From a virus (Duplodnaviria; Heunggongvirae; Uroviricota; Caudoviricetes), in IMG/VR virus record IMGVR_UViG_3300044858_003749: a DNA stretch of 64,000 bases. One strand, written 5' to 3'. The notes under the pieces are model-generated. The model had not been told where the DNA came from. It worked only from the letters and a program-made list of their open reading frames with translations, and made no database searches. The position numbers were made by a program, and so were the translations under genes. Shown one piece after another: positions 49,336 through 57,553 of the stretch (positions are counted from its first letter, which is position 1; the number at the start of each line of letters is the position of its first letter).

Positions 49336-50040
49336 ATGATGTACTCAAACAACTTTGCTGCGGCAATTAAGGTAAACGGTAAAATTCTCCGTGAGTTCGG
49401 TGATACTGTTTATCTTCCATTCGGCTCTGAATATGAAATCAGACTGAAGAACTTACATTCTCAAAGAGCCAAAGTCAATATTGATATTGACGGTTCTACT
49501 GTTACAGGGAATGGTCTTATTATCCGACCCCAACAGACTGTAGATCTAGAAAGATTCATTCGTGATAATCTAAACGAAGGTAATAAATTCAAGTTTATTG
49601 AGCGAACAGATAAGATTGAAAATCATCGCGGAATTAAACTTGAAGATGGATTGATTACGATTCGTTTTGAGTTTGAAATTACTCTTAATAATTTTGCTAT
49701 TTCAACTCCATTAACTTATAGATCTTATGGTGGAGGTCTTTATAACTCTTCTAATGTGGTTTCTAATAATATTGTAAGCGTTCCCGTAAATGATACAGGA
49801 ATCACTGTAGAAGGATCCAAAAGCGATCAATCGTTTGGTGCGACAAGTTGGTTTGGATCTATTGGTGGGACTCATGTTTTGAACATTAAACTTTTAGGTG
49901 AAACTGAAGACAATAAAAAAATTAGAGAACCAGTTACAGTTAAAACTAAATTAGAATGTAAAACTTGTGGTACTATTAACAGTGTAACATCCAAGTTCTG
50001 TTCTGAATGTGGAACATCTTTACACATCGTAGCCGCCTGA
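49336..50040 (+). CDS. hypothetical protein with C-terminal zinc-ribbon
   Basis: 234 aa, ending in 'CKTCGTINSVTSKFCSECGTSL' (CxxC...CxxC). Confidence 0.4.
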   Translation: MMYSNNFAAAIKVNGKILREFGDTVYLPFGSEYEIRLKNLHSQRAKVNIDIDGSTVTGNGLIIRPQQTVDLERFIRDNLNEGNKFKFIERTDKIENHRGIKLEDGLITIRFEFEITLNNFAISTPLTYRSYGGGLYNSSNVVSNNIVSVPVNDTGITVEGSKSDQSFGATSWFGSIGGTHVLNIKLLGETEDNKKIREPVTVKTKLECKTCGTINSVTSKFCSECGTSLHIVAA

Positions 50041-50114
50041 TAAACTGGCACAATGGGTACTCAGATTCTCTCTGGGTGCCCTATACTGTATAAGTCCTTA
50101 AAAGAATTTTAATT

Positions 50115-50306
50115 ATGTACGAAAATAATCAGCCATTGGTTATTGCTGTTATTGTATTGTCTTGTTTTTCTTTTATGCTTGGTGCGATCATCGGAATTGG
50201 CACCAGCGAAAGCTATAACAGAGAAAAAACTGTTATTGATTGTATTACACGACCCAAAGAATGTAAAAGTGAATATGATTATTATCAATTAAAAAATAAA
50301 GAATAG
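50115..50306 (+). CDS. small membrane protein (hypothetical)
   Basis: 63 aa with one hydrophobic helix 'LVIAVIVLSCFSFMLGAIIGIG'. Confidence 0.3.
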   Translation: MYENNQPLVIAVIVLSCFSFMLGAIIGIGTSESYNREKTVIDCITRPKECKSEYDYYQLKNKE

Positions 50307-50488
50307 TATTAAATGAAACATTGTTCAGGTTATGACGCACAACAACTTCTTGATGTGACAATGAATTGTTCGCTAAGACCAAAGCGAAACGATAGAATTG
50401 AGCTAATTGTAACTGTGTTAAGATGGTTAAACTCTAATGACTTTGATGATCTTATTCAAAACCTTGAAAACCTTAAGACTTAATTATT

Positions 50489-50824
50489 ATGGACCAACAA
50501 ATTAAAAAACAATGGGTTGAGGCACTTCGCTCTGGTAAGTATAAACAAGGAACTGGACATCTTCGTACTGGGGATAATTACTGTTGTTTGGGTGTCTTGT
50601 GTGATTTGAACGAGTACACCAATTGGACTCCAGTTTGTGAAATGGCTGATGAGATAGTTTATGAACTCCAACCAGATAAAAATGAACTTACTTACTGGCC
50701 ATCAGGATATATCCGCGATTGGGCTGGTATATCTAAAGACAATGAAGACCATTTGATTCATCTTAATGATACCTTAGAGTGTAACTTTAATCAAATTGCC
50801 GACTACATTGAGAATAATCTTTAA
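50489..50824 (+). CDS. hypothetical protein
   Basis: 111-aa ORF. Confidence 0.35.
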   Translation: MDQQIKKQWVEALRSGKYKQGTGHLRTGDNYCCLGVLCDLNEYTNWTPVCEMADEIVYELQPDKNELTYWPSGYIRDWAGISKDNEDHLIHLNDTLECNFNQIADYIENNL

Positions 50825-50826
50825 TC

Positions 50827-51045
50827 ATGTCAAGTAAAAAACATCAAACGATTCTCAAGAAAGAGTATCAAAAAGAACATTTCTTTCAAGAAGAATATGA
50901 AGTTCATTTTACTACCGGAAAAGTTATCTATGTTGATGTTGATGTTGAACATGGAGTGAATGAGAAAAACAATCATCAAAAAGCTGGTTTAATTGCGGCT
51001 TCACTTCATCCCGATCTTAAAATTCTTAAAATTTATTATTGTTAA
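50827..51045 (+). CDS. hypothetical protein
   Basis: 72-aa ORF. Confidence 0.3.
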   Translation: MSSKKHQTILKKEYQKEHFFQEEYEVHFTTGKVIYVDVDVEHGVNEKNNHQKAGLIAASLHPDLKILKIYYC

Positions 51046-51320
51046 TTATGGACCTCAATAATTTTGATTATTTCCGAGCCGGTAAATATCCAGGATGTAT
51101 GGATATTAAAAAAATCGGGTATCATTCATCAGTTGGTGTTATGGCGGTGGTATCATCACTACCACCTGAGATAAATGCCCCAGATATTGAGAAAAATTTC
51201 GTTCAATTTCGTAAGCATAAAAATACTCCGAAAGTTGCTCTTTTCTCATTTAATTATGAAGTAGAACTGGATGAATACTGGCAAGATTCTGATATTATTT
51301 GGGATAGTCGCAACTCATGA
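51039..51320 (+). CDS. hypothetical protein
   Basis: 93-aa ORF overlapping its neighbours. Confidence 0.3.
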   Translation: MLIMDLNNFDYFRAGKYPGCMDIKKIGYHSSVGVMAVVSSLPPEINAPDIEKNFVQFRKHKNTPKVALFSFNYEVELDEYWQDSDIIWDSRNS

Positions 51321-51838
51321 CTGAACAAGAGCAAAAACTATTAAACAAGTTTCTTTCCTCTATTGAAGAAGACGAAAAGTTCTTCAAAGAGATTATGAAC
51401 CGAACAGATGAAGACGCAAGACTTCTTCAATGGATTGTCAATAATAATATCAATCCTTACGGTGTTTTTCCTTATTATATTGCTGGCAGTCTTTCCGAAT
51501 TACAATCCTTTGTTGCCATCTACATTAAGATGACGTATCAAAGAAAGCACTGTGAAATTAATTACGTCAACGTTGAAAGAACAAGTAGCTCACATGATCA
51601 TGTTGATAACCTAGGACCGAGAGTAGTTTTTGTTGGTAAATGGGAAGATGATTTTCATGCGCTAGTTAAAAAAGAATTAAATCTACCCGACGATGAGCTA
51701 CCATGGGAATCATACACTTATGACTTTGACATCTTAGAAAACGTAGACGCCTTTATTGAAACATACAATAGGGTTGAAGATTATCACAAGAATCGTTATG
51801 AAGAAAACAGTAAGCTTGCGGATAGGTGGTTATCATGA
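51317..51838 (+). CDS. hypothetical protein
   Basis: 173-aa ORF. Confidence 0.35.
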   Translation: MTEQEQKLLNKFLSSIEEDEKFFKEIMNRTDEDARLLQWIVNNNINPYGVFPYYIAGSLSELQSFVAIYIKMTYQRKHCEINYVNVERTSSSHDHVDNLGPRVVFVGKWEDDFHALVKKELNLPDDELPWESYTYDFDILENVDAFIETYNRVEDYHKNRYEENSKLADRWLS

Positions 51839-53313
51839 ATGAAGAAACATCACAATTTTTATCAGCCAGGTTGGATAAGATTTCAGAACTACAGAAAATA
51901 GGGCAAGTTGCATATGCTAATTCTTTTCACCCTACAATTAAAGCATTAGAATTACATAAGAATTATTTTAATCTGGAAAATGGTTCTGAATGTGATGATA
52001 ATGTTGTTATAGCTGGTCGTATTATCGCAAGAAGAGTATTCGGTAAGTTGTCATTTTTTACTCTTTCCGATGACAGTGGAACAATTCAGCTTTATATTGA
52101 GAACGCCATCGTTGGTTCCGATATTGTTTCCTTAACCGATGTCGGCGACTGGATCGGCGCCACCGGCACCCTGCGGCGCACCGACCGGGGCGAGCTTTCG
52201 GTCAAGGTGCGCGACTGGACGATGCTCAGCAAGTCGCTTCAGCCCCTGCCCGACAAGTGGCATGGCCTGGCGGACGTGGAGAAGCGCTACCGGCAGCGCT
52301 ATCTCGATCTGATCGTCTCCCCCCACACCCGCGAAACTTTCCGGCGACGTGCCATTTTGATTAGAACTATTCGCAATTGGCTTGACTCGCGGGAATTTTT
52401 GGAGATTGAAACTCCTATTCTACAAACCGAAGTTGGCGGAGCCGAGGCCAAACCTTTCTCAACATATCATAACACTCTAGATCTATCATTAACTCTAAGA
52501 ATTGCGACCGAGTTGCACCTTAAGAGGATGATTGTTGGTGGTTTTGAAAGAGTTTATGAGTTGGGTCGTATATTTCGTAATGAAGGTCTAAGCACCCGCC
52601 ATAATCCAGAGTTTACAACCGTTGAGATTTATCAGGCATATGCAGATTATAATGATATGATGATTTTAACAGAAAATCTCATATCTACTTGCGCAGAGAC
52701 AGTTTGTGGTTCTACTGTAATAGTTTATCAAGATGAAAAAATTGATCTAACTCCTCCTTGGAATAAATGTACAATGCACGAATTGGTTTTTGAGCATACT
52801 GGTCTTGATTTTCATCAATTTTCGTCAAGAACCGATGCCGCTAATGCTATGGAAACTATTGGATTGGTTGTTCCTGATAGTGCCGATTCCGTTGGTCGGT
52901 TATTAAACGAAGCCTTTGAACAAAGAGTTGAAAAACAGCTCATTCAACCGACTTTTGTTTTAGATTATCCTGTTGAAATTTCTCCACTGGCCCGTTCTCA
53001 TAGAGAAAAACCGGAATTGGTTGAAAGATTTGAATTATTCATCTTTGGTCGTGAAATTGCCAATGCCTTTAGCGAACTCACCGATCCTTTAGAACAGAGA
53101 AAAAGATTAGAAGAACAACAAACCCGCCGCAATAATGGCGATCAAGAGGCTCACACTATTGATGAAGACTTTTTAAACGCACTTGAAATTGGAATGCCGC
53201 CAACCGGAGGACTAGGTATTGGTATAGACAGATTGACAATGTTACTTACGGATAGTCCGTCTATTCGTGATGTTATCGCTTTTCCTTTAATGCGCCCAGA
53301 GGACAAAACATGA
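51826..53313 (+). CDS. lysS: lysyl-tRNA synthetase (class II)
   Basis: Class II motifs '[23 protein letters not shown]' and '[15 protein letters not shown]'. N-terminal OB anticodon-binding region. Contains the GC-rich patch at 52136-52353. Confidence 0.85.
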   Translation: MVIMNEETSQFLSARLDKISELQKIGQVAYANSFHPTIKALELHKNYFNLENGSECDDNVVIAGRIIARRVFGKLSFFTLSDDSGTIQLYIENAIVGSDIVSLTDVGDWIGATGTLRRTDRGELSVKVRDWTMLSKSLQPLPDKWHGLADVEKRYRQRYLDLIVSPHTRETFRRRAILIRTIRNWLDSREFLEIETPILQTEVGGAEAKPFSTYHNTLDLSLTLRIATELHLKRMIVGGFERVYELGRIFRNEGLSTRHNPEFTTVEIYQAYADYNDMMILTENLISTCAETVCGSTVIVYQDEKIDLTPPWNKCTMHELVFEHTGLDFHQFSSRTDAANAMETIGLVVPDSADSVGRLLNEAFEQRVEKQLIQPTFVLDYPVEISPLARSHREKPELVERFELFIFGREIANAFSELTDPLEQRKRLEEQQTRRNNGDQEAHTIDEDFLNALEIGMPPTGGLGIGIDRLTMLLTDSPSIRDVIAFPLMRPEDKT

Positions 53314-53543
53314 ATGAAGAAACACTAACAATTGAAAATTTTATTCGTCTTCTCAAATCTCACATAAAAACCAATCACTATAAGTACAGCGATTCTTTTG
53401 AAACAGTAGTCAAAGATCTTATTGAACAAATTTCAGATACAGCAGAAGAAAAAGGTTATCGTAATGGTTATTCTGCTGGTTATGATGCCGGACAATACGA
53501 TAAAAAGCAAGAACTTATTGAAAATCTGAGGACTATGTTATGA
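53310..53543 (+). CDS. hypothetical small protein
   Basis: 77-aa ORF overlapping the lysS stop. Confidence 0.3.
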   Translation: MNEETLTIENFIRLLKSHIKTNHYKYSDSFETVVKDLIEQISDTAEEKGYRNGYSAGYDAGQYDKKQELIENLRTML

Positions 53544-53711
53544 AAACAAAAATACTCATTGGATTTACAGTAGGGCTTATTCTTAGTTTTATTGGTATAT
53601 TTACATCAGACTTAATGTGCATGTGGATTGGTGGTTTGTTTGTTGGTGGGAATATTTCAATTCTTAGTTTAGTAAAATGCCAAAAAATTATTATGAAAGA
53701 GGAGAACTGTA

Positions 53712-53954
53712 ATGAGTAAACTTACAATTAATGAAGAAGAATTCTTTGATAAAGAAGGAGCACTTAAAACAGTAGTTGAATATCTTCAAAAAATGTTAAA
53801 CGAAGGTTGGAAAGATGTTGTTTGTGAGGGGACGCTTTACCGATCTAGGGAAGAAAACGATGATGAATACGCAGATCGTCTTGCTATAGAAGCACGAGAA
53901 AAAGAACGGCGCCGCAAACAGTACGAAAAACTAAGAAAAGAATTTGAGGAATGA
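53712..53954 (+). CDS. hypothetical small protein
   Basis: 80-aa ORF. Confidence 0.3.
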   Translation: MSKLTINEEEFFDKEGALKTVVEYLQKMLNEGWKDVVCEGTLYRSREENDDEYADRLAIEAREKERRRKQYEKLRKEFEE

Positions 53955-54181
53955 TTATGAGAGCAACAGTTTATAAGGCAGTCTTGTGTATTGTTGATCA
54001 TGAAGATATGCCAGAAGAATCCGTTATTCATCTTTTAGAAAATGTTCGTTATCTTTATCCGAACATTATTAGTCTAGAATCACGAGAGATTGAAGAGTGG
54101 AATGATGAACATCCATTAAACAAAAAAGACACACATACTCAAGAATTTGGAAGATTATTCAATGGCATTCATTCAAAATAA
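53951..54181 (+). CDS. hypothetical small protein
   Basis: 76-aa ORF. Confidence 0.3.
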   Translation: MIMRATVYKAVLCIVDHEDMPEESVIHLLENVRYLYPNIISLESREIEEWNDEHPLNKKDTHTQEFGRLFNGIHSK

Positions 54182-54617
54182 AAACATTCTAACGCTTCAT
54201 GATAACGAAATCTTCGTCTTTGGAAGCAACCGCGCTGGCATTCATGGAGCAGGAGCCGCTCTGCACGCCGCAAGATACTTTAAGGCTGTCCACGGGGTCG
54301 GTGAGGGCCTTACAGGGTTCTCCTACGCACTACCAACAAAGCGAGCCAACTTTACCATCTGCTCTCTGGATGAGATTTCTTGGTCATTAAAATGTTTAAA
54401 AGAGTGTGCTAAAGAAAATCATATGTTCACTTTCTTCTTAACGAGAATCGGGCAGGGTTATGCAGGAATTCCAGAGAAAGATATTAAGAATCTGGTTATA
54501 AAAACCGATTTGCCTGATAATGTTCTTCCTTGGTGGATATGGGAGAATGCTTTTGGAACTTTCACAAAGGAAAATATTAACGTAAATTTGGATATTTTGG
54601 GTGTGACAGTTGATTAA
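54147..54617 (+). CDS. hypothetical protein with glycine-rich Rossmann-like motif
   Basis: 'IFVFGSNRAGIHGAGAALHAARYF...GFSYALPTK' looks like a nucleotide-binding loop. It sits within the NAD module. Confidence 0.4.
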   Translation: MEDYSMAFIQNKNILTLHDNEIFVFGSNRAGIHGAGAALHAARYFKAVHGVGEGLTGFSYALPTKRANFTICSLDEISWSLKCLKECAKENHMFTFFLTRIGQGYAGIPEKDIKNLVIKTDLPDNVLPWWIWENAFGTFTKENINVNLDILGVTVD

Positions 54618-54682
54618 GTGGCTACCACGAACTTCAATGATTCTGTTTTGTGCTATGATTTTCTGGTAACTTAAGAGGTTTT

Positions 54683-54907
54683 ATGTGCCCTATGGATGAA
54701 CTTGATCTGTATTTTGAACAAATTTGGGAGAAGCACAAGCCTTCAAAAAAACTTCCTGTAGAGTTTGAGAAAAATCTTAAACAGTCTTTTATGTCTGCTG
54801 CTCGTGAAGTGTGGAAAAAAAGCCTAGAACATGATAGAGAACGAATGATTCAGGAATTTCCTGATTTCGTCAAAGAACGATATTTTCATACAGGCCCAGT
54901 TGCATAA
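54683..54907 (+). CDS. hypothetical small protein
   Basis: 74-aa ORF. Confidence 0.3.
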   Translation: MCPMDELDLYFEQIWEKHKPSKKLPVEFEKNLKQSFMSAAREVWKKSLEHDRERMIQEFPDFVKERYFHTGPVA

Positions 54908-55369
54908 TAAAAACAAATTATTACGATAACATTCTTCTAAATTTATGAACTTTGATTTTTTAGAACGACAACCAAAAATTATTCAAGAGTTTTTATTATT
55001 TTTTGTTGAAATTTATTTTGGATTTACCATAAAATGTAATATGGCATTTTTCTTATGGCGCTATATTATGACTCATGATATTGATGTATTAAAAAAACAT
55101 GTTTTGGATTAACTACATTTAATGACTTTTATGCTACACTTAATGGAGGATGGAGAGGCGCCAAATAAAAAAGTGTAAAATCTGTAAACAAACTAGGACA
55201 ACCTCTTGTTACGCCAGGTGTTTGAATTCCCGGAACAAACATTAATACAAAAGATTTTGTTTATACCTAATCAACTTGGTGTTGTGCCAATTGGAAACGT
55301 GTCCACTAATCCATCTTATATCCAGTAAATCTGCTACTATACAAGGAGTTAAAACAAATGGGTGAACTA

Positions 55370-55537
55370 TGAAACGTTTATTATCTTTTCTCTGGTCTGG
55401 CTGTTGGCATGAATGGGTAGATGAAAAACGGGAAGCTGTTACTTTTGTGAGTGATTATTCGCCGGATGTTTCTGGTTATAGAGTATTTCAGAAGTGCAAA
55501 AAATGTGGTGATACGCGGGTCAAAAGGCTTATGTAAG
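55370..55537 (+). CDS. small CxxC protein (55 aa)
   Basis: ATG with RBS AAGGAG. Ends in 'CKKCGDTRVKRLM'. Not in the ORF track because it is under 60 aa. Confidence 0.3.
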
Positions 55538-55559
55538 TTATCGCTAAATAACAATTCAC

Positions 55560-55631
55560 CTGGAAATAAGTCAGTGGTAGACGGTCTAGTTTGGGGCTAG
55601 AAAGACGTTGGTTCGAGTCCAACTTTTCAGA
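55560..55631 (+). tRNA. tRNA-Pro (TGG)
   Basis: Acceptor CTGGAAA/TTTTCAG (one G·U pair), anticodon arm TCTAG-TTTGGGG-CTAGA, T-arm GTTGG-TTCGAGT-CCAAC. 72 nt. Confidence 0.7.
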
Positions 55632-55701
55632 TTTGGGATAATCCCCAAAACAAATTGGAGATAGACTCCGATTTTTAAACTATTCTAAGGAGCTTAGAAC
55701 A

Positions 55702-56760
55702 ATGAAAAAATACGATGCGGTGGTTTTCATCGGCAGGTTTCAACCTTTCCATAACGCTCATTTTGATATTATCAAAAAAGCTTATGAGCTAACTGATTAT
55801 GTAATTCTTATCGCGGGTTCTCAGTATCAACCACCTAGCTATAAGAATCCATTTCAGGCTTTAACTTTTGACGGTTATTTTGATTCAATTGGAAAAACCA
55901 TTGATAATTATCTTAGAGTTAACTTTGAGGATTATTATGACGAAGACCGTAACTATGAGTTCTCGTTTTGTTTTCAACGAGATATTTACGGTGATAATCT
56001 CTGGTGCAAAAGTGTACAGGAAAAAGTATCAGAATTATTCTTAGGTCAAGAAGCTGAAATAGCCATTATTGGTTGTAATAAGGATGAAAGTTCTTATTAC
56101 TTAAATATGTTCCCTCAGTGGGATCTTATTGAGGTTCCTCTGGATCAAAACCTTAGTGCTACACAGATCAGAGAACTTTATTTCGTTGAAGAACCAAATA
56201 TGAGTTTTCTTCAAGGTGTTGTATCGTCTGAGGTTTTTAATTATCTTGACGAACACAAAAATACCGAATGGCACAATAATATCGTAAACGAACGAAATTT
56301 TATTGAAAAATACAAAGCCCAATATGCTTCTTTCCCATATCCACCAACATTCGTTACTGTAGATTCTGTAGTATTTCAATCCGGTCATGTTCTCGTTGTT
56401 CGGAGAAATGCTTATCCTGGTAAAGGTCTTATTGCTCTTCCTGGTGGATTCTTAGACGCTAATAGTGATGCCTCTTTGGAAGATGCTATGATTAGAGAAC
56501 TGAGAGAGGAAACAGGGCTTAAAGTGCCAACTCCGGTTCTCAAGGGATCTATTAAAGATGTTAAAGTTTTTGATTCTCTTTATAGAAGCTCTCGTGGACG
56601 GACTATTACTCATGCTCATAACATTGTATTGTCTGATGGAGAACTACCTAGAGTCAAAGGTGATTCTGATGCTGATAAGGCTTTCTGGTTACCATTCAGC
56701 CAACTTAAATCAGAGCAATTTTTTGAAGACCATTATCAAATTATCAATTATTTTCTATGA
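55702..56760 (+). CDS. natV: bifunctional NMN adenylyltransferase / Nudix hydrolase (NatV-type)
   Basis: N-terminal nucleotidyltransferase 'GRFQPFHNAH' (HxGH-type). C-terminal Nudix box 'GGFLDANSDASLEDAMIRELREETGL'. Confidence 0.8.
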   Translation: MKKYDAVVFIGRFQPFHNAHFDIIKKAYELTDYVILIAGSQYQPPSYKNPFQALTFDGYFDSIGKTIDNYLRVNFEDYYDEDRNYEFSFCFQRDIYGDNLWCKSVQEKVSELFLGQEAEIAIIGCNKDESSYYLNMFPQWDLIEVPLDQNLSATQIRELYFVEEPNMSFLQGVVSSEVFNYLDEHKNTEWHNNIVNERNFIEKYKAQYASFPYPPTFVTVDSVVFQSGHVLVVRRNAYPGKGLIALPGGFLDANSDASLEDAMIRELREETGLKVPTPVLKGSIKDVKVFDSLYRSSRGRTITHAHNIVLSDGELPRVKGDSDADKAFWLPFSQLKSEQFFEDHYQIINYFL

Positions 56761-56957
56761 TTATGAATCAAGTGCAACTGAGTAAAATGTCAAGAGAAGA
56801 AAAACTTAAGGCATTGGCTTTAATTGATAAAAACATTGAGACAACAAAACTTAAATTAAGCCAATTACATCATGAAGCCTATAAGTTGCAATATGAATTA
56901 GGTTATTACGCTAAAAAAGAAATCCTTTATGGAATTAAATATGATGTTCAAAATTAA
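56757..56957 (+). CDS. hypothetical small protein
   Basis: 66-aa ORF. Confidence 0.3.
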   Translation: MIMNQVQLSKMSREEKLKALALIDKNIETTKLKLSQLHHEAYKLQYELGYYAKKEILYGIKYDVQN

Positions 56958-57477
56958 TAAAAATCGAAACTTCCTAGAAGACTATAAGAAATATTATTTC
57001 TTTTATGATACTCCATTGTCAAATTGGGCAGGTTATTCTTTTGTTGATACAACAACTGGAGTTTCTTACAATTGCTCAGAACAGTTTATGATGCACAAGA
57101 AGGCCCTACTTTTTTCTGATTATAATACTGCCGGCAAGATCATGAATAAAGAATACCCAGGAGATCAAAAAGCCTTGGGTAGAATGGTGGCAGGCTTTGA
57201 TGTTAGCATTTGGAATGAATATGCAAGAGATCTTGTGTATGAAGGATGTTATTATAAGTTTACCCAAAATAAGGAAGCTTATGAATATCTTATGGGGACA
57301 GAAGGTTATCTTCTAGTAGAGGCATCACCAACAGATACTATTTGGGGTATTGGACTTGGAGGTTATGATGCAGATAATCAAGATCCTAAAAATTGGAGAG
57401 GAACTAACTGGTTGGGTGAAGTTCTTACACAACTACGAGAAGATTTGAAAGATAACCCAGAGTTAGTTTTATTCTAG
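56929..57477 (+). CDS. NADAR domain protein (YbiA-like, DUF1768)
   Basis: 'SNWAGYSF...YNCSEQFMMHKKALLF...TIWGIGLGG...NWRGTNWLGEVL' follows the NADAR pattern. Confidence 0.6.
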   Translation: MELNMMFKINKNRNFLEDYKKYYFFYDTPLSNWAGYSFVDTTTGVSYNCSEQFMMHKKALLFSDYNTAGKIMNKEYPGDQKALGRMVAGFDVSIWNEYARDLVYEGCYYKFTQNKEAYEYLMGTEGYLLVEASPTDTIWGIGLGGYDADNQDPKNWRGTNWLGEVLTQLREDLKDNPELVLF

Positions 57478-57501
57478 TCAGATGTAAAGACTTTAAAACA
57501 T

Positions 57502-57524
57502 AATTCAACGATAGACGTTGAATT
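57502..57524 (+). promoter_or_regulatory. perfect 9-bp hairpin upstream of nadV
   Basis: AATTCAACG, loop ATAGA, CGTTGAATT. It lies 30 nt upstream of the nadV RBS. Confidence 0.3.
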
Positions 57525-57553
57525 TTATCCACTATCATTTTAAGGAGTTTAAA

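Noticed and set aside
52136-52353. GC-rich patch as a separate inserted gene or mobile element
   Set aside because: The lysS reading frame and LysRS-conserved peptide sequence are continuous through the patch. It is a compositional graft within the gene, not an inserted ORF.
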